Assembly (NCBI GenBank): GCA_965140705.1
Contig: OZ223300.1
Location: 1,472,001 to 1,536,000, forward strand
DNA length: 64,000 nt
Direction of reading: 5' to 3'
DNA from: an uncultured Arcobacter sp.
GTDB taxonomy: Bacteria > Campylobacterota > Campylobacteria > Campylobacterales > Arcobacteraceae
In this document: piece by piece, positions 26,913 through 36,888 of the stretch
How the letters are laid out: each line of letters begins with the position of its first letter
How positions within the stretch are numbered: the stretch's first letter is position 1
The notes under the pieces: generated by a model
What the model saw: only the letters and a program-made list of their open reading frames with translations
Told to the model about the DNA's origin: nothing
The model's database searches: none
Made by a program: the position numbers and the translations under genes

Positions 26913-28146
26913 ATTTATTTAGTCTTTTGTAGTATTTATATGCACTTATGATGTTATAGCTTAAGATTAATGATGAAATTAAAAATAAAACTATTGCTAG
27001 ATAAATAAGTGATTTAAATAAAAGTGATAATAAAAACATAAAATAACTAATAATAAAAATATTGTATTGAAGTTTCATATATTTATTTTGAATCACTTGG
27101 GACATCTCTGCATCAAATATCATTTTTGAACTAAGATGAAACCATGTGAGAAATGGAATTATTTTATATAACATTCCATTTATTATAGAGTATGCAAAAC
27201 CAAGCCCAAAAATAATTGCAAGTATCAAATTTAAATCAAGTTTAGTCCAAATATTAATTATCCATAAGATAGCTGCAAAAGATAAGTTTGCCATTGAAAA
27301 ATACCAAAGTTCTATTGTAGTATCTCTTCTTGGTCTTTTTCTTCCTCTTAGCAAGTATATTGTCGTAAGTGAAAATGTAAGTGTTAATATAGCTAGTACT
27401 GTTTTAAGTACTAAGACAAATTTTGAGTCTGTAAATATAAATAGTGATAATAAAATTATGACTAATGAAACTATCCAATAAAAGTGGTTTTTTATAAATA
27501 ATGGATACTCTTTTGTAACATAAAACATAGGAACCACTTTGTATGAAACACCAGAGATGAGCATAATCAACCAACCAAAAAAGATAGTGCTAATATGTAT
27601 ATCTGCAAAGTTTTTAGAAGTAAAACCACTACCATGATTTATTAATGTTATTATTCCAAATATTACTCCTAAAAATAAAAAGCATAGTGCTAGTAAAAAT
27701 GTTTTAACTGTAGGATTTTTGTCTTGAGTTTTTAAAATAGTAAAAAAAGTATTTACTGCAAAAAATATAAGTGCAATCATTAAAAACAAAGCAGCTATAT
27801 GCATAAAGATTTTGTTATAAAGTAAAAAGCCCATAATAAAACAAATAGTTCCAACATTTAAAAAGAAAAGAACAAATAATGCTTGAAAATTCACTTTTTT
27901 ATATGCAACACCAATAATTACAGGAATCATTTGAAATAGTGAGCCAATCATCACATGGGTAAAGAAGCCTAAAGTAAATATATGAGTTATTGCAATAGCT
28001 TCATAATAGTATCTATTTTCAATACCACTTGCATAAATAAACATACAAAGACAAAAGCCCAACAAATAGAAACTAGCAATGATGTAATATATCATAGGTA
28101 TTTTATAAGGTGGAGCTTGATCTAGTGATAAACCTTGCATTTTCAT
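26905..28146 (-). CDS. Polytopic (~12 TM) membrane protein co-encoded with DUF2249-like and hemerythrin genes
   Basis: THIFTLGF, QMIPV, YKVVPMF, YKIIPFLTWFH; ATGA overlap with the upstream gene. Confidence 0.75.
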   Translation of the reverse strand: MKMQGLSLDQAPPYKIPMIYYIIASFYLLGFCLCMFIYASGIENRYYYEAIAITHIFTLGFFTHVMIGSLFQMIPVIIGVAYKKVNFQALFVLFFLNVGTICFIMGFLLYNKIFMHIAALFLMIALIFFAVNTFFTILKTQDKNPTVKTFLLALCFLFLGVIFGIITLINHGSGFTSKNFADIHISTIFFGWLIMLISGVSYKVVPMFYVTKEYPLFIKNHFYWIVSLVIILLSLFIFTDSKFVLVLKTVLAILTLTFSLTTIYLLRGRKRPRRDTTIELWYFSMANLSFAAILWIINIWTKLDLNLILAIIFGLGFAYSIINGMLYKIIPFLTWFHLSSKMIFDAEMSQVIQNKYMKLQYNIFIISYFMFLLSLLFKSLIYLAIVLFLISSLILSYNIISAYKYYKRLNKSI

Positions 28147-28376
28147 TTCTTGCCTTTGTAAATTTTCATCTCAAAATAGTTCTCTTCATCTTTTATAACT
28201 TTATATTCTAAACTATTTTTTTCTATTGCTTCAAAAAGCTTACAAGGAGACATTCTATGTATGAAAATAAGTGTTTCATCACTTTTTAGTTCTTGTATAG
28301 CCTCTAAAGCTTTTAAAAGAGGGTAAGGTGCTTCAAGCTCACTTACATCTAAGATAATAGTTTTATTTGAATTCAT
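28143..28376 (-). CDS. DUF2249/TusA-like small protein
   Basis: LDVSELEAPYPLLKALEA...HRMSPCKL; 77 aa. Confidence 0.75.
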   Translation of the reverse strand: MNSNKTIILDVSELEAPYPLLKALEAIQELKSDETLIFIHRMSPCKLFEAIEKNSLEYKVIKDEENYFEMKIYKGKK

Positions 28377-28806
28377 AAGATTGTAATTTCTCTACTATAG
28401 TGTCATTGTCATTATTGAAAATATTTTGCATCATTGTATATAACATCTGTTCTTCTTTAGAATTATGTTGTTGAATGAGTATCATTAATGATTCACTAAG
28501 ACCAAAAAATCTATCACTATCTTTATCTTTTATTGCTTCTTCTATTTTGGGAAATATACTTCTTGCTTGGTCATGCTCCATTTTCATAACTTTTGTTGGA
28601 CCACAACCACCATTTGAAGATTTTTCATCAAACATAGGAAATAAATAACTCTCTTCCATATCAAAATGTTTTAAAGTCTCATACTTAAACTCATCATTTA
28701 ACTTTAATACTTTGTCCCAATTTCCATTTTCTACTTCGTTTTCAAGTTGTGCTAGTAATTCATCACACTCTTTATGATTGTGTACCATATACTCTTTTAT
28801 TGTCAT
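28363..28806 (-). CDS. Hemerythrin-like (HHE) domain protein
   Basis: HKECD, HFDMEE..LFP, MEHDQ, QHNSKEEQMLY. Confidence 0.88.
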   Translation of the reverse strand: MTIKEYMVHNHKECDELLAQLENEVENGNWDKVLKLNDEFKYETLKHFDMEESYLFPMFDEKSSNGGCGPTKVMKMEHDQARSIFPKIEEAIKDKDSDRFFGLSESLMILIQQHNSKEEQMLYTMMQNIFNNDNDTIVEKLQSYEFK

Positions 28807-28840
28807 TTTTTTCTCCGATTAATTTTAATTTTTGTAATCT

Positions 28841-28878
28841 TTGCATAAAATCAAAGAAATTAAATTGATACCAATCAA
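28841..28878. promoter_or_regulatory. Two tandem FNR/Dnr/NssR-type boxes
   Basis: Perfect TTGAT-acca-ATCAA at 28865-28878 and TTGCA-taaa-ATCAA at 28841-28854, between the divergent hemerythrin and Crp/Fnr genes. Confidence 0.85.
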
Positions 28879-28892
28879 TACAAAGATAAACA

Positions 28893-29531
28893 ATGAATAT
28901 ACATGAATATTATTTCTTTGATTCATTAGATGAAAAAGAGAAAAAAGAGTTAGAAAAAATAAGTAGAAAAAAAAGTTATAAAAAAGATGAGATTCTTTTT
29001 TATAAAGGTGATGAAGCAAAATATTTGTATCTTTTAGTAAGTGGAATAGTAAAAGTTTATAAACATGATTATAAAGACAATGAAATAATAATTCATAATC
29101 TAAGAGCACCCACATTTATAGCAGAAATTGCAAATTATGAAGAGATACCTTATCCTGCAAATTGTTCTTTTGAAGTAGATTCAGAAGTTTATGTAATAGA
29201 GTATAATAAATTCAAAGAGAACTTTCTATATAAGCCAGAAATCTCAATGATGCTAATTAAATCACTCACAAAGAAAATAAAAGCTTTAGAAAACTTTATT
29301 AACTTAAACATAACAGCAGATAGTAATATAAAGATAACACAATTTTTATATGAAAATGAAGATATTCTCTCAAGTTTAAAACAAGTGAAAATTGCTTCTA
29401 TTTTAAATATAACTCCAGAGACTTTATCAAGAAAAATATCAAAACTAAAAAAAGATAAAATTCTTGAAAATGATAAAGGTTACATTAAAATATTAGATCA
29501 CAAAAAATTGAAAGAGTTGTTTCAATTTTAA
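28893..29531 (+). CDS. Crp/Fnr family regulator (Dnr/NssR-like, no FNR Cys cluster)
   Basis: cNMP domain (LFYKGD, YLLVSG.VK, YPANC) and HTH IASILNITPETLSR. Confidence 0.93.
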   Translation: MNIHEYYFFDSLDEKEKKELEKISRKKSYKKDEILFYKGDEAKYLYLLVSGIVKVYKHDYKDNEIIIHNLRAPTFIAEIANYEEIPYPANCSFEVDSEVYVIEYNKFKENFLYKPEISMMLIKSLTKKIKALENFINLNITADSNIKITQFLYENEDILSSLKQVKIASILNITPETLSRKISKLKKDKILENDKGYIKILDHKKLKELFQF

Positions 29532-29537
29532 AGAAAT

Positions 29538-29759
29538 TTATTTATTAAATTCACTATAAGGATATTTTTGTACAGCTAAATAGAGTGTATTTATAATATT
29601 TGTTATATTAGATATTTGAGCACTATATCCTTTTATCTTTTCATTTATCTCTTCATGGGTTAAACTCTCTTTAAAAACTTCTTTTATTTCATTATTTTCA
29701 ATAGTTTCTTTGTATAAATCAAATTTTTTAGTATCTGAATTAAATTTTACTTTTATCAT
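29538..29759 (-). CDS. Small hypothetical protein (73 aa)
   Basis: ATG 29759 with AGGA RBS (alternative start 29780); divergent from the XRE gene. Confidence 0.6.
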   Translation of the reverse strand: MIKVKFNSDTKKFDLYKETIENNEIKEVFKESLTHEEINEKIKGYSAQISNITNIINTLYLAVQKYPYSEFNK

Positions 29760-29957
29760 TTCGTTTCCTAAAGTACACATTTAAAATAATAATTATTTTG
29801 TAAATTTTTATTTGATTAATAAACGATTTTTCGGTATTCTTATAAGTTATAATATAAATAAAAATACAGATATAACATTATAATGTTGATAATATCACAA
29901 TATAATGTTTATTGTCAAGTAAAAAATACATTAATTTGTTGCATAGGAAACATAATA

Positions 29958-30326
29958 TTGATTTATAAGAGAATTAAACATGTTAGAGAAGCTTTGAATT
30001 TCTCTTCACAAAAAGATTTTTCAGAAGCCTTGAGTATGCCAAGTAGAACTTATCAAAGTTACGAGCAAGCGAAAGTAAAAGATATACCTCATACCTTTCT
30101 TGAAAAGTTGAATTTAAGATATAACATTTCAATTGAATGGTTAATAACAGGAGAGGGAGAAATGTTTCTAAAAAAAAATAGAAATAATGAAGAAAAAGAT
30201 TATATAGAGTTAGTAAAACAGTATTTAGAGCTTTTGCCATACAAACAACAGGAATATTATTATCATAAAATAAAATCAGATGTTTTGGAAATTGAAATAA
30301 AAGAAAATACTAATATAAATACATAA
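29958..30326 (+). CDS. XRE/cI-like helix-turn-helix protein
   Basis: TTG start after AGGA; RIKHVREAL..SQKDFSEAL...TYQSYE...NISIEWLITGEGEMF. Confidence 0.85.
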   Translation: MIYKRIKHVREALNFSSQKDFSEALSMPSRTYQSYEQAKVKDIPHTFLEKLNLRYNISIEWLITGEGEMFLKKNRNNEEKDYIELVKQYLELLPYKQQEYYYHKIKSDVLEIEIKENTNINT

Positions 30327-30407
30327 GAAGCTTGTAATAAAAACATTATCTTTTCTTAAATCTTTTTAGATATAATCTATCCACTTTATAAAGCTGGAAA
30401 TTAATAA

Positions 30408-31442
30408 ATGATTGTAAATATAAAACTACCAAATAATATTTCATATGACATAACAATTGATGAATTAAAAGAGTTAACTTTTGATAGAAAAGTTGTAGTT
30501 GTAACAAACCCAACTGTTAGTGGATACCATTTAGAATATTTAAAAAACAAAATAAAATGTGATAATTTAAGTATAGTGACTATACCCGATGGTGAAGAGT
30601 ATAAAAATATGGAAACCATTGATATGATTTTAAATCATTGTTTTGAAAATAGACTAAATCGAAAATCCTTGCTAATTGCATTTGGTGGGGGTGTAATTGG
30701 GGATATGACTGGATTTTGTGCAGCAATTTACCAAAGAGGTATTGATTTTATACAAGTACCCACAACATTATTATCACAAGTTGATGCGAGTGTTGGAGGT
30801 AAAACTGGCGTAAATAATAAATTTGGAAAAAATTTAATTGGAGCTTTTCACCAACCAAAAGCTGTCTATATTGATCCATACTTTTTGACTACGTTACCCC
30901 CAAGAGAATTCTCAGCTGGAATTGCAGAAATAGTAAAAATGGCAGTAACTTTCAATAAAGAATTTTTTGAATGGATTGAGCAAAATGATTTAACAAATGT
31001 TGAAAATATAAAAGTAGCCATCAAAAAATCTGTTGAAACAAAAGCTTGGGTTGTATCTCAAGATGAAAAAGAAAATGGAATAAGGGCTGCTTTAAATTAT
31101 GGACATACCTTTGGACATGTAGTCGAAAATGAGACAAATTATTCAAAATATTTACATGGTGAAGCTGTAGGTATTGGTATGATTATGGCAAATGAAGTTG
31201 CTAAAAGAATTGGACTTATGAGTCAAGAAGATACGATAAGAGTAAAAAATGTTTTAGAAAAATATGATATTCCAACAACTTATAAAATTTCTGATGTGGA
31301 AGATTTTTATGAGCATTTCTTCTTAGACAAAAAAAGTCTTGATGATAAAATAAAATTTATCCTGCCTGTTGGTATTGGTGATTGTAAAATTACTGATGAA
31401 GTATCCAAAACTGATGTTATTGAAGTTTTAAAAGGATTTTAA
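30408..31442 (+). CDS. aroB: 3-dehydroquinate synthase
   Basis: GGGVIGD, PTTLLSQVDASVGGKTGVN, LNYGHTFGH, HGEAV. Confidence 0.97.
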   Translation: MIVNIKLPNNISYDITIDELKELTFDRKVVVVTNPTVSGYHLEYLKNKIKCDNLSIVTIPDGEEYKNMETIDMILNHCFENRLNRKSLLIAFGGGVIGDMTGFCAAIYQRGIDFIQVPTTLLSQVDASVGGKTGVNNKFGKNLIGAFHQPKAVYIDPYFLTTLPPREFSAGIAEIVKMAVTFNKEFFEWIEQNDLTNVENIKVAIKKSVETKAWVVSQDEKENGIRAALNYGHTFGHVVENETNYSKYLHGEAVGIGMIMANEVAKRIGLMSQEDTIRVKNVLEKYDIPTTYKISDVEDFYEHFFLDKKSLDDKIKFILPVGIGDCKITDEVSKTDVIEVLKGF

Positions 31443-33098
31443 TTGAAAAAAATATTTTTTCTGATTTTTACTATTGTATTTACGTTAAATTTAAGTGCTG
31501 CAAAAATCGAAAATCCAAATGACTCTACTATTACAAATAATAATGTAAATACAAGTGAAGAGTCTAAATTAGTTGTGTTAGAACCAACTCCTGAAGTTAA
31601 AGCTAAAATTGATAACTATCTTTCTGAAATTAGAAAAATAAATGACTTATTAGAAGATGATATTTTATTAAAAAGATATTCTAATTATATTGCATATAGA
31701 AGTATTTCTAAAGAGTTACATTCATTAAAAAGAGAGTTAGAAGAGGTAAATAAAAAAAATAGGGATTTAGTATATAAAGTAGAGAATAAAATTAGAATCA
31801 AAAAAAATGAGTTAGAACTTATCTCTGAGTATAAAGATTCACCTATTGGAAAGTTAATTGATCCTCCAGAAATAGAGAAATATGAACCTATAACAAATCC
31901 TTTTGGTATCATAAATGCACTTTCATATAAAAAGAAAATGAAAGATCATAAAAAAGAGTTTAATAGAACTATAGATGAAGTTTCAAGGTTAATTACTCTT
32001 TTGGATGAAAAGATGCTTTTATATCTTGATTTATATAATTTAGATCCAAAAGATGAATATGAAAAGAAAATAAATTTTTTAGATAGTGAGAAAAAAGACT
32101 TTAATATGGTTTTAGAGATTTTATCTACTACTAGTGAAGTTTATACAAGAAAAATTGAACAAGTTGTTTTAGAAACAGATAGTCAAATAGCAGAACAAAT
32201 CTCAAAATCATTTATTATTTTTTCTATAATTGCAGTTGTTTTTATATTTTCATTTTTAGTAAAACTTGCCCTTAAAAAGTATTTTTCTCAAAATGAAAAC
32301 TTTTATATGGCAAATAAAGTTATTAACTTTATTTTAGTTCTTTTGATTGTATTGATTGTACTTTTTTCATATATTGATAATGTCTCTTATGTGATTACTA
32401 TCTTAGGGTTTGCATCAGCAGGTATTGCTATTGCTTTAAAAGATTGGTTTATGTCTATTTTTGGATGGATGGTAATAGTTACTTCTGGTTCTATTCAAGT
32501 GGGAGATAGAATAAAAGTTACAAGAGGTGGTGTTGAAGCAGTTGGGGATGTACTTGATATCTCTTTATTTAAAATAACTATTAGAGAAGATATTACTTTA
32601 ACTTCTTACAAAGTGAATAGAAGAACAGGAAGAATATTTTTTATACCAAATAACTATGTTTTTTCTGAAATGATTGCTAACTATACCCACTCAGGACTAA
32701 GAACAGTTTGGGATGGGATTGATATTACAATTACTTTTGATTCAAACTATAAAAAAGCACAGCATATTGCAAAAGAGATATTAAAACATTATTCAAAAGG
32801 TTATACAGATATTACAAGAAAACAGTTATCTAAAATGAGAAATAAATATAATCTAAGAGCAACAGGAGTTGAACCTAGAGTTTATACTTTTGTTGAGCCT
32901 TATGGAATTGTTATCTCTTCTTGGTATCTTACAAACTCTTATGCTGCACTAGTTTTAAGAAGTACAATGTCTCCAGAAATATTACAGGCATTTATGGCAG
33001 AGGATGATATTACAATAGCTTATCCTACACAACAAATTAATTTAGGGTCGAACCAAACAGAACGAGTTCCCCCAGCAGATTTACCAGAGGTTCTATAA
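31443..33098 (+). CDS. MscS-family mechanosensitive channel (long Campylobacterota type)
   Basis: GFASAGIAIALKD, IQVGDRIKV, GDVLDISLF, FIPNNYVF; located between aroB and mtaB. Confidence 0.9.
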   Translation: MKKIFFLIFTIVFTLNLSAAKIENPNDSTITNNNVNTSEESKLVVLEPTPEVKAKIDNYLSEIRKINDLLEDDILLKRYSNYIAYRSISKELHSLKRELEEVNKKNRDLVYKVENKIRIKKNELELISEYKDSPIGKLIDPPEIEKYEPITNPFGIINALSYKKKMKDHKKEFNRTIDEVSRLITLLDEKMLLYLDLYNLDPKDEYEKKINFLDSEKKDFNMVLEILSTTSEVYTRKIEQVVLETDSQIAEQISKSFIIFSIIAVVFIFSFLVKLALKKYFSQNENFYMANKVINFILVLLIVLIVLFSYIDNVSYVITILGFASAGIAIALKDWFMSIFGWMVIVTSGSIQVGDRIKVTRGGVEAVGDVLDISLFKITIREDITLTSYKVNRRTGRIFFIPNNYVFSEMIANYTHSGLRTVWDGIDITITFDSNYKKAQHIAKEILKHYSKGYTDITRKQLSKMRNKYNLRATGVEPRVYTFVEPYGIVISSWYLTNSYAALVLRSTMSPEILQAFMAEDDITIAYPTQQINLGSNQTERVPPADLPEVL

Positions 33099-33101
33099 AA
33101 T

Positions 33102-34367
33102 ATGAATTTTACAAATACAAAACCAAAAGTTTATTTTAAAACCTTTGGTTGCAGAACAAATGTTTTTGATACTCAAGTTATGATGAGTAATCTAAAAGAT
33201 TTTGAAATTACACAAAATGAAAAAGAGGCAAATGTAGTTGTTATCAACTCATGTACTGTTACAAATAGTGCAGATAGTACAGCAAGAGGTTATATAAACT
33301 CATTAAACAAACTTCCAAATAAACCAAGGGTTGTTTTCACAGGTTGTGGAGTTTGGACAAAGGGTGAGACTCTTTTCAAAGAAGATAAAGTTGATTCTTT
33401 ATTTGGACATAGTGAAAAAGAGAATATCAATGAACTTCTTAAAAATGAAGAACGATTTTTTAATGCTGGTGATTTAGAACATATTGATGAAACTATTGTT
33501 GAAGAGTTTGTAGGTAAAAGTAGAGCCTTTATCAAAATACAAGAGGGATGTGATTTTAGATGTTCATATTGCATTATTCCTTACGTAAGAGGAGATGCTA
33601 GAAGTTATGATGAAGATAAAATCTTAGAACAAATTACAACACTAGCAAGTAATGGTTTTGGGGAGTTTATTTTAACTGGTACAAATGTTGGCTCTTATGG
33701 TAAGAAAAAACATACTTCATTGGCTAAACTTCTTAAAAAAATCTCTTTAATCAAAGGTGTTAGAAGAATTAGAATGGGAAGTATAGAACCTATTCAAATA
33801 GACGATGAGTTTAAAGAGATAATTGATGAACCTTTTATGGCAAGACATTTACATATCGCACTTCAACATACTTCTAAAAAGATGCTTGATATTATGAATA
33901 GAAGAAATAAAGTTTTAAAAGACCTTGAGCTTTTTGAATTTCTAAAAGAGAAAGGATATGCTCTTGGAACAGATTTTATTGTAGGTCATCCAGGTGAAAC
34001 TGATGAGTTATGGAAAGAGGCTGTTGAAAACTTACATAGATTTCCTTTAACCCATGTTCATGCCTTTACTTATTCAAAAAGGGATGGAACGCCAAGTGCT
34101 ACTATGAGAGAGCAAGTAAAAGGTGATATAGCAAAAACTAGATATAATGAACTTATTTCAATCATAGATGAAAAGAATTTTAATTTTAGAAAAAACAATA
34201 AAACTACTTTAGAAGTTCTAATTGAACAAGAAAAAAATGGTAAATATATAGGATTAGATCAATACTTTAATCAAATAGAAATCCAAAGTGATGCTGATTT
34301 GGTTGGAGATTGGGTTTTTATAGAGAATTATGAAGCAAAGGATAAAATCAATGTTGCAAAATTCTAA
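33102..34367 (+). CDS. mtaB: tRNA t6A37 methylthiotransferase
   Basis: TFGCRTN, NSCTVT, radical-SAM motif KIQEGCDFRCSYCIIP. Confidence 0.92.
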   Translation: MNFTNTKPKVYFKTFGCRTNVFDTQVMMSNLKDFEITQNEKEANVVVINSCTVTNSADSTARGYINSLNKLPNKPRVVFTGCGVWTKGETLFKEDKVDSLFGHSEKENINELLKNEERFFNAGDLEHIDETIVEEFVGKSRAFIKIQEGCDFRCSYCIIPYVRGDARSYDEDKILEQITTLASNGFGEFILTGTNVGSYGKKKHTSLAKLLKKISLIKGVRRIRMGSIEPIQIDDEFKEIIDEPFMARHLHIALQHTSKKMLDIMNRRNKVLKDLELFEFLKEKGYALGTDFIVGHPGETDELWKEAVENLHRFPLTHVHAFTYSKRDGTPSATMREQVKGDIAKTRYNELISIIDEKNFNFRKNNKTTLEVLIEQEKNGKYIGLDQYFNQIEIQSDADLVGDWVFIENYEAKDKINVAKF

Positions 34368-35832
34368 TGATTTAAAAAATAATAGAGATAAAAACTTAAA
34401 ATTGATGCTTTTATCAGGTATAGCTTTAGTTGTACTATTTTTTTATACTATTTATAAAAGTTCTTCATATATACAAACTAGTACTTATAGTTTTGGTTTA
34501 GTTTTTATTGTATTTCTTCTAGTTTTTGCAATAGTTGCAAGATTAAAAAGAGATAAGATACAAGAATTTATTAATAAAAATAAAGTAAAAAATTCAATTT
34601 TTGCACAAGAACTTGAAAAAAGAAAAGCTGTGAATGAAGAAGTCCCAAATGAAGAGAACTCTCATATTGAAGTTGTAAAACCAAATACTACTTTTAAAGA
34701 TGTGGCAGGTATTGCACAAGTAAAAGAAGAACTAGAAGAGATAGTGGAGTTTTTACATAATCCCAAAAAATATTTTAAATATGGAGTTAAATTACCAAAA
34801 GGTGTTTTACTTTATGGGCCTCCAGGTGTGGGTAAAACTTTGATAGCAAGAGCAGTTGCTGGTGAAGCAAATGTCCCATTTTTTTATCAAAGTGGTGCAA
34901 GCTTTGTACAAATATATGTGGGAATGGGTGCAAAAAAAGTACGTGAACTTTTTGCAAAAGCAAAGGTAAATGCACCCTCTATAATTTTTATAGATGAAAT
35001 TGATGCTATAGGAAAAGAGCGAGGTGGAAAATCAAATGATGAGAGAGAATCAACACTAAATGAACTTCTAACTCAAATGGATGGATTTGAAGGTGATAAT
35101 GGTGTAATAGTAATAGCTGCAACTAATAAAATAGAAGTACTTGATGATGCACTTTTAAGAGCAGGTAGATTTGATAGAAGAGTTAAATTATCACTTCCAA
35201 ATATAAATGATAGAAAAGAGATTTTAAAGCTATATTTAAAATCTATCAAACACAATATTGATGTGGAAACATTAAGCACAAATCTTTCTGGATTTTCTTC
35301 TGCTTCTATTTCAACACTTATAAATGAAGCTATGTTATACATGATAAAATCTGATGATAAGATACTTGAAGAAAAACACATAGAAATTGCAAAAAATAAA
35401 TTAGAATTTGGTAAAAAAGAGAATTTTATTTTATCAGATAATGAAAAAGAGGTTTTATCTATTTATCAAGCTTCAAAAGCTTTTATTACAAAACAAAAAG
35501 TTTCACTTTTTGATGAAAATAGTACAAAATTAAATAGTGTATTTCCTTCAAAAAATCAGTTAAAAAATGAACTAAAAAAATATCTAGCTGGAAGTATTGG
35601 AATCGAAGTATTAAAAGATGAACAGTACGCTATTTTTGAAGAAGATTTAGAAAAAGCAAATAAATTAGCTAAAGAGATGGTTGAAAAATTTGCAATGGCT
35701 AGAGAAAGTAAAGAGTTAATTGACCAAACTAAAGTTGAATTAAAAACTATTTTTGATGAAAACTATGAAGAAATAACTAGATTATCAAAAATTATGATAG
35801 AAAATGAAGTAATAGAAGAAAATGAAATCTAA
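34351..35832 (+). CDS. FtsH-like membrane AAA ATPase lacking the HExxH protease motif
   Basis: 2 TM segments, FKDVAG, GPPGVGKT, IIFIDEID, ALLRAGRFDR; SIYQASKA replaces HEAGH. ATG 34351 follows AAGGA. Confidence 0.88.
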   Translation: MLQNSNDLKNNRDKNLKLMLLSGIALVVLFFYTIYKSSSYIQTSTYSFGLVFIVFLLVFAIVARLKRDKIQEFINKNKVKNSIFAQELEKRKAVNEEVPNEENSHIEVVKPNTTFKDVAGIAQVKEELEEIVEFLHNPKKYFKYGVKLPKGVLLYGPPGVGKTLIARAVAGEANVPFFYQSGASFVQIYVGMGAKKVRELFAKAKVNAPSIIFIDEIDAIGKERGGKSNDERESTLNELLTQMDGFEGDNGVIVIAATNKIEVLDDALLRAGRFDRRVKLSLPNINDRKEILKLYLKSIKHNIDVETLSTNLSGFSSASISTLINEAMLYMIKSDDKILEEKHIEIAKNKLEFGKKENFILSDNEKEVLSIYQASKAFITKQKVSLFDENSTKLNSVFPSKNQLKNELKKYLAGSIGIEVLKDEQYAIFEEDLEKANKLAKEMVEKFAMARESKELIDQTKVELKTIFDENYEEITRLSKIMIENEVIEENEI

Positions 35833-36343
35833 TTACTTTAGTGGTTTTTGTTTAAATAATGAGAAAGAACTCTTTTGTGACTATTTAATAGAGAATGATT
35901 TTACACTTTCTGGCTTTTCATATGGAGCTATAAAGGCATTTGAAGAGGCTTTAAATAGTGATAAAAGAGTTGATCTGCTTCAACTCTTTTCCCCTGCATT
36001 TTTTCAAACTCAGAGTGAAAAGTTTGTAAGAATGCAATTAATGTTTTTCAAAAAAGACTCAAAGAGTTATTGTGAAAATTTCTTAAAAAATATATCTTAT
36101 CCTTCAAATATTGATGTAACAAGATATTTTAAAGAAGGTTCCTATGAAGAATTACAAACTCTTCTTACTTATAAGTGGAGTGAAGAGAAGATAAATCAGC
36201 TTTTAGAAAAAGGAACTAAAATAGAAGTTTATTTAGGTAAAGAAGATAAAATAATAGACTCAAAAAAAGCCTATGAATTTTTTAAAGATTTTTCAACTGT
36301 TTATTTTATGAAAAATTATGGACATATTTTAAAAGGATTGTGA
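35822..36343 (+). CDS. bioV: Pimeloyl-ACP methyl ester esterase BioV
   Basis: FSGFCL, GFSYGA, LFSPAFF, D.IID and a C-terminal His; same position after the ftsH-like gene as in Helicobacter. Confidence 0.8.
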   Translation: MKSNYFSGFCLNNEKELFCDYLIENDFTLSGFSYGAIKAFEEALNSDKRVDLLQLFSPAFFQTQSEKFVRMQLMFFKKDSKSYCENFLKNISYPSNIDVTRYFKEGSYEELQTLLTYKWSEEKINQLLEKGTKIEVYLGKEDKIIDSKKAYEFFKDFSTVYFMKNYGHILKGL

Positions 36344-36873
36344 TGATAGCAAAAATAGGTATTGTAACTGCAAGTGATAGGGCAAGTAAAGGTATATATG
36401 AGGATTTATCTGGACAAGCTATTATTGATACATTAAATGAGTACTTAACTAGTAAATGGGAACCGGTATATAAATGTATTGAAGATAACCAAGAGACAAT
36501 AGAAAATACACTAAAAGAGCTAGTTGATAATGAAAACTGTTGTTTAGTTGTAACAACTGGTGGAACAGGACCTGCTAAAAGGGATGTTACTCCAGAAGCT
36601 ACAGAAAATGTATGTGATAGAATGATGCCAGGTTTTGGAGAACTTATGCGTGCAGAGTCTTTAAAGTTTGTCCCAACAGCAATTTTATCAAGACAAACAG
36701 CAGGACTTCGAGGTAGCTCTTTAATTGTAAATCTTCCAGGAAAACCAAAATCTATAAGAGAGTGTTTAGATGCAGTATTTCCAGCAATTCCATATTGTAT
36801 TGATTTGATGGAAGGACCTTTTTTAGAGTGTAATGAAGAGGTTATTAAACCATTTAGACCAAAACAAAAATAA
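36340..36873 (+). CDS. mog: Molybdopterin adenylyltransferase
   Basis: SDRAS.G.YED.SG, TTGGTGPAKRDVTPEAT, NLPGKPKSI. Confidence 0.95.
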   Translation: MMIAKIGIVTASDRASKGIYEDLSGQAIIDTLNEYLTSKWEPVYKCIEDNQETIENTLKELVDNENCCLVVTTGGTGPAKRDVTPEATENVCDRMMPGFGELMRAESLKFVPTAILSRQTAGLRGSSLIVNLPGKPKSIRECLDAVFPAIPYCIDLMEGPFLECNEEVIKPFRPKQK

Positions 36874-36888
36874 CGTATAAGGGAAAAA

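Noticed and set aside
30408..36873. aroB-mscS-mtaB-ftsH-like-bioV-mog as a novel functional cluster
   Set aside because: This mixed-function gene order is ordinary conserved synteny in Campylobacterota.
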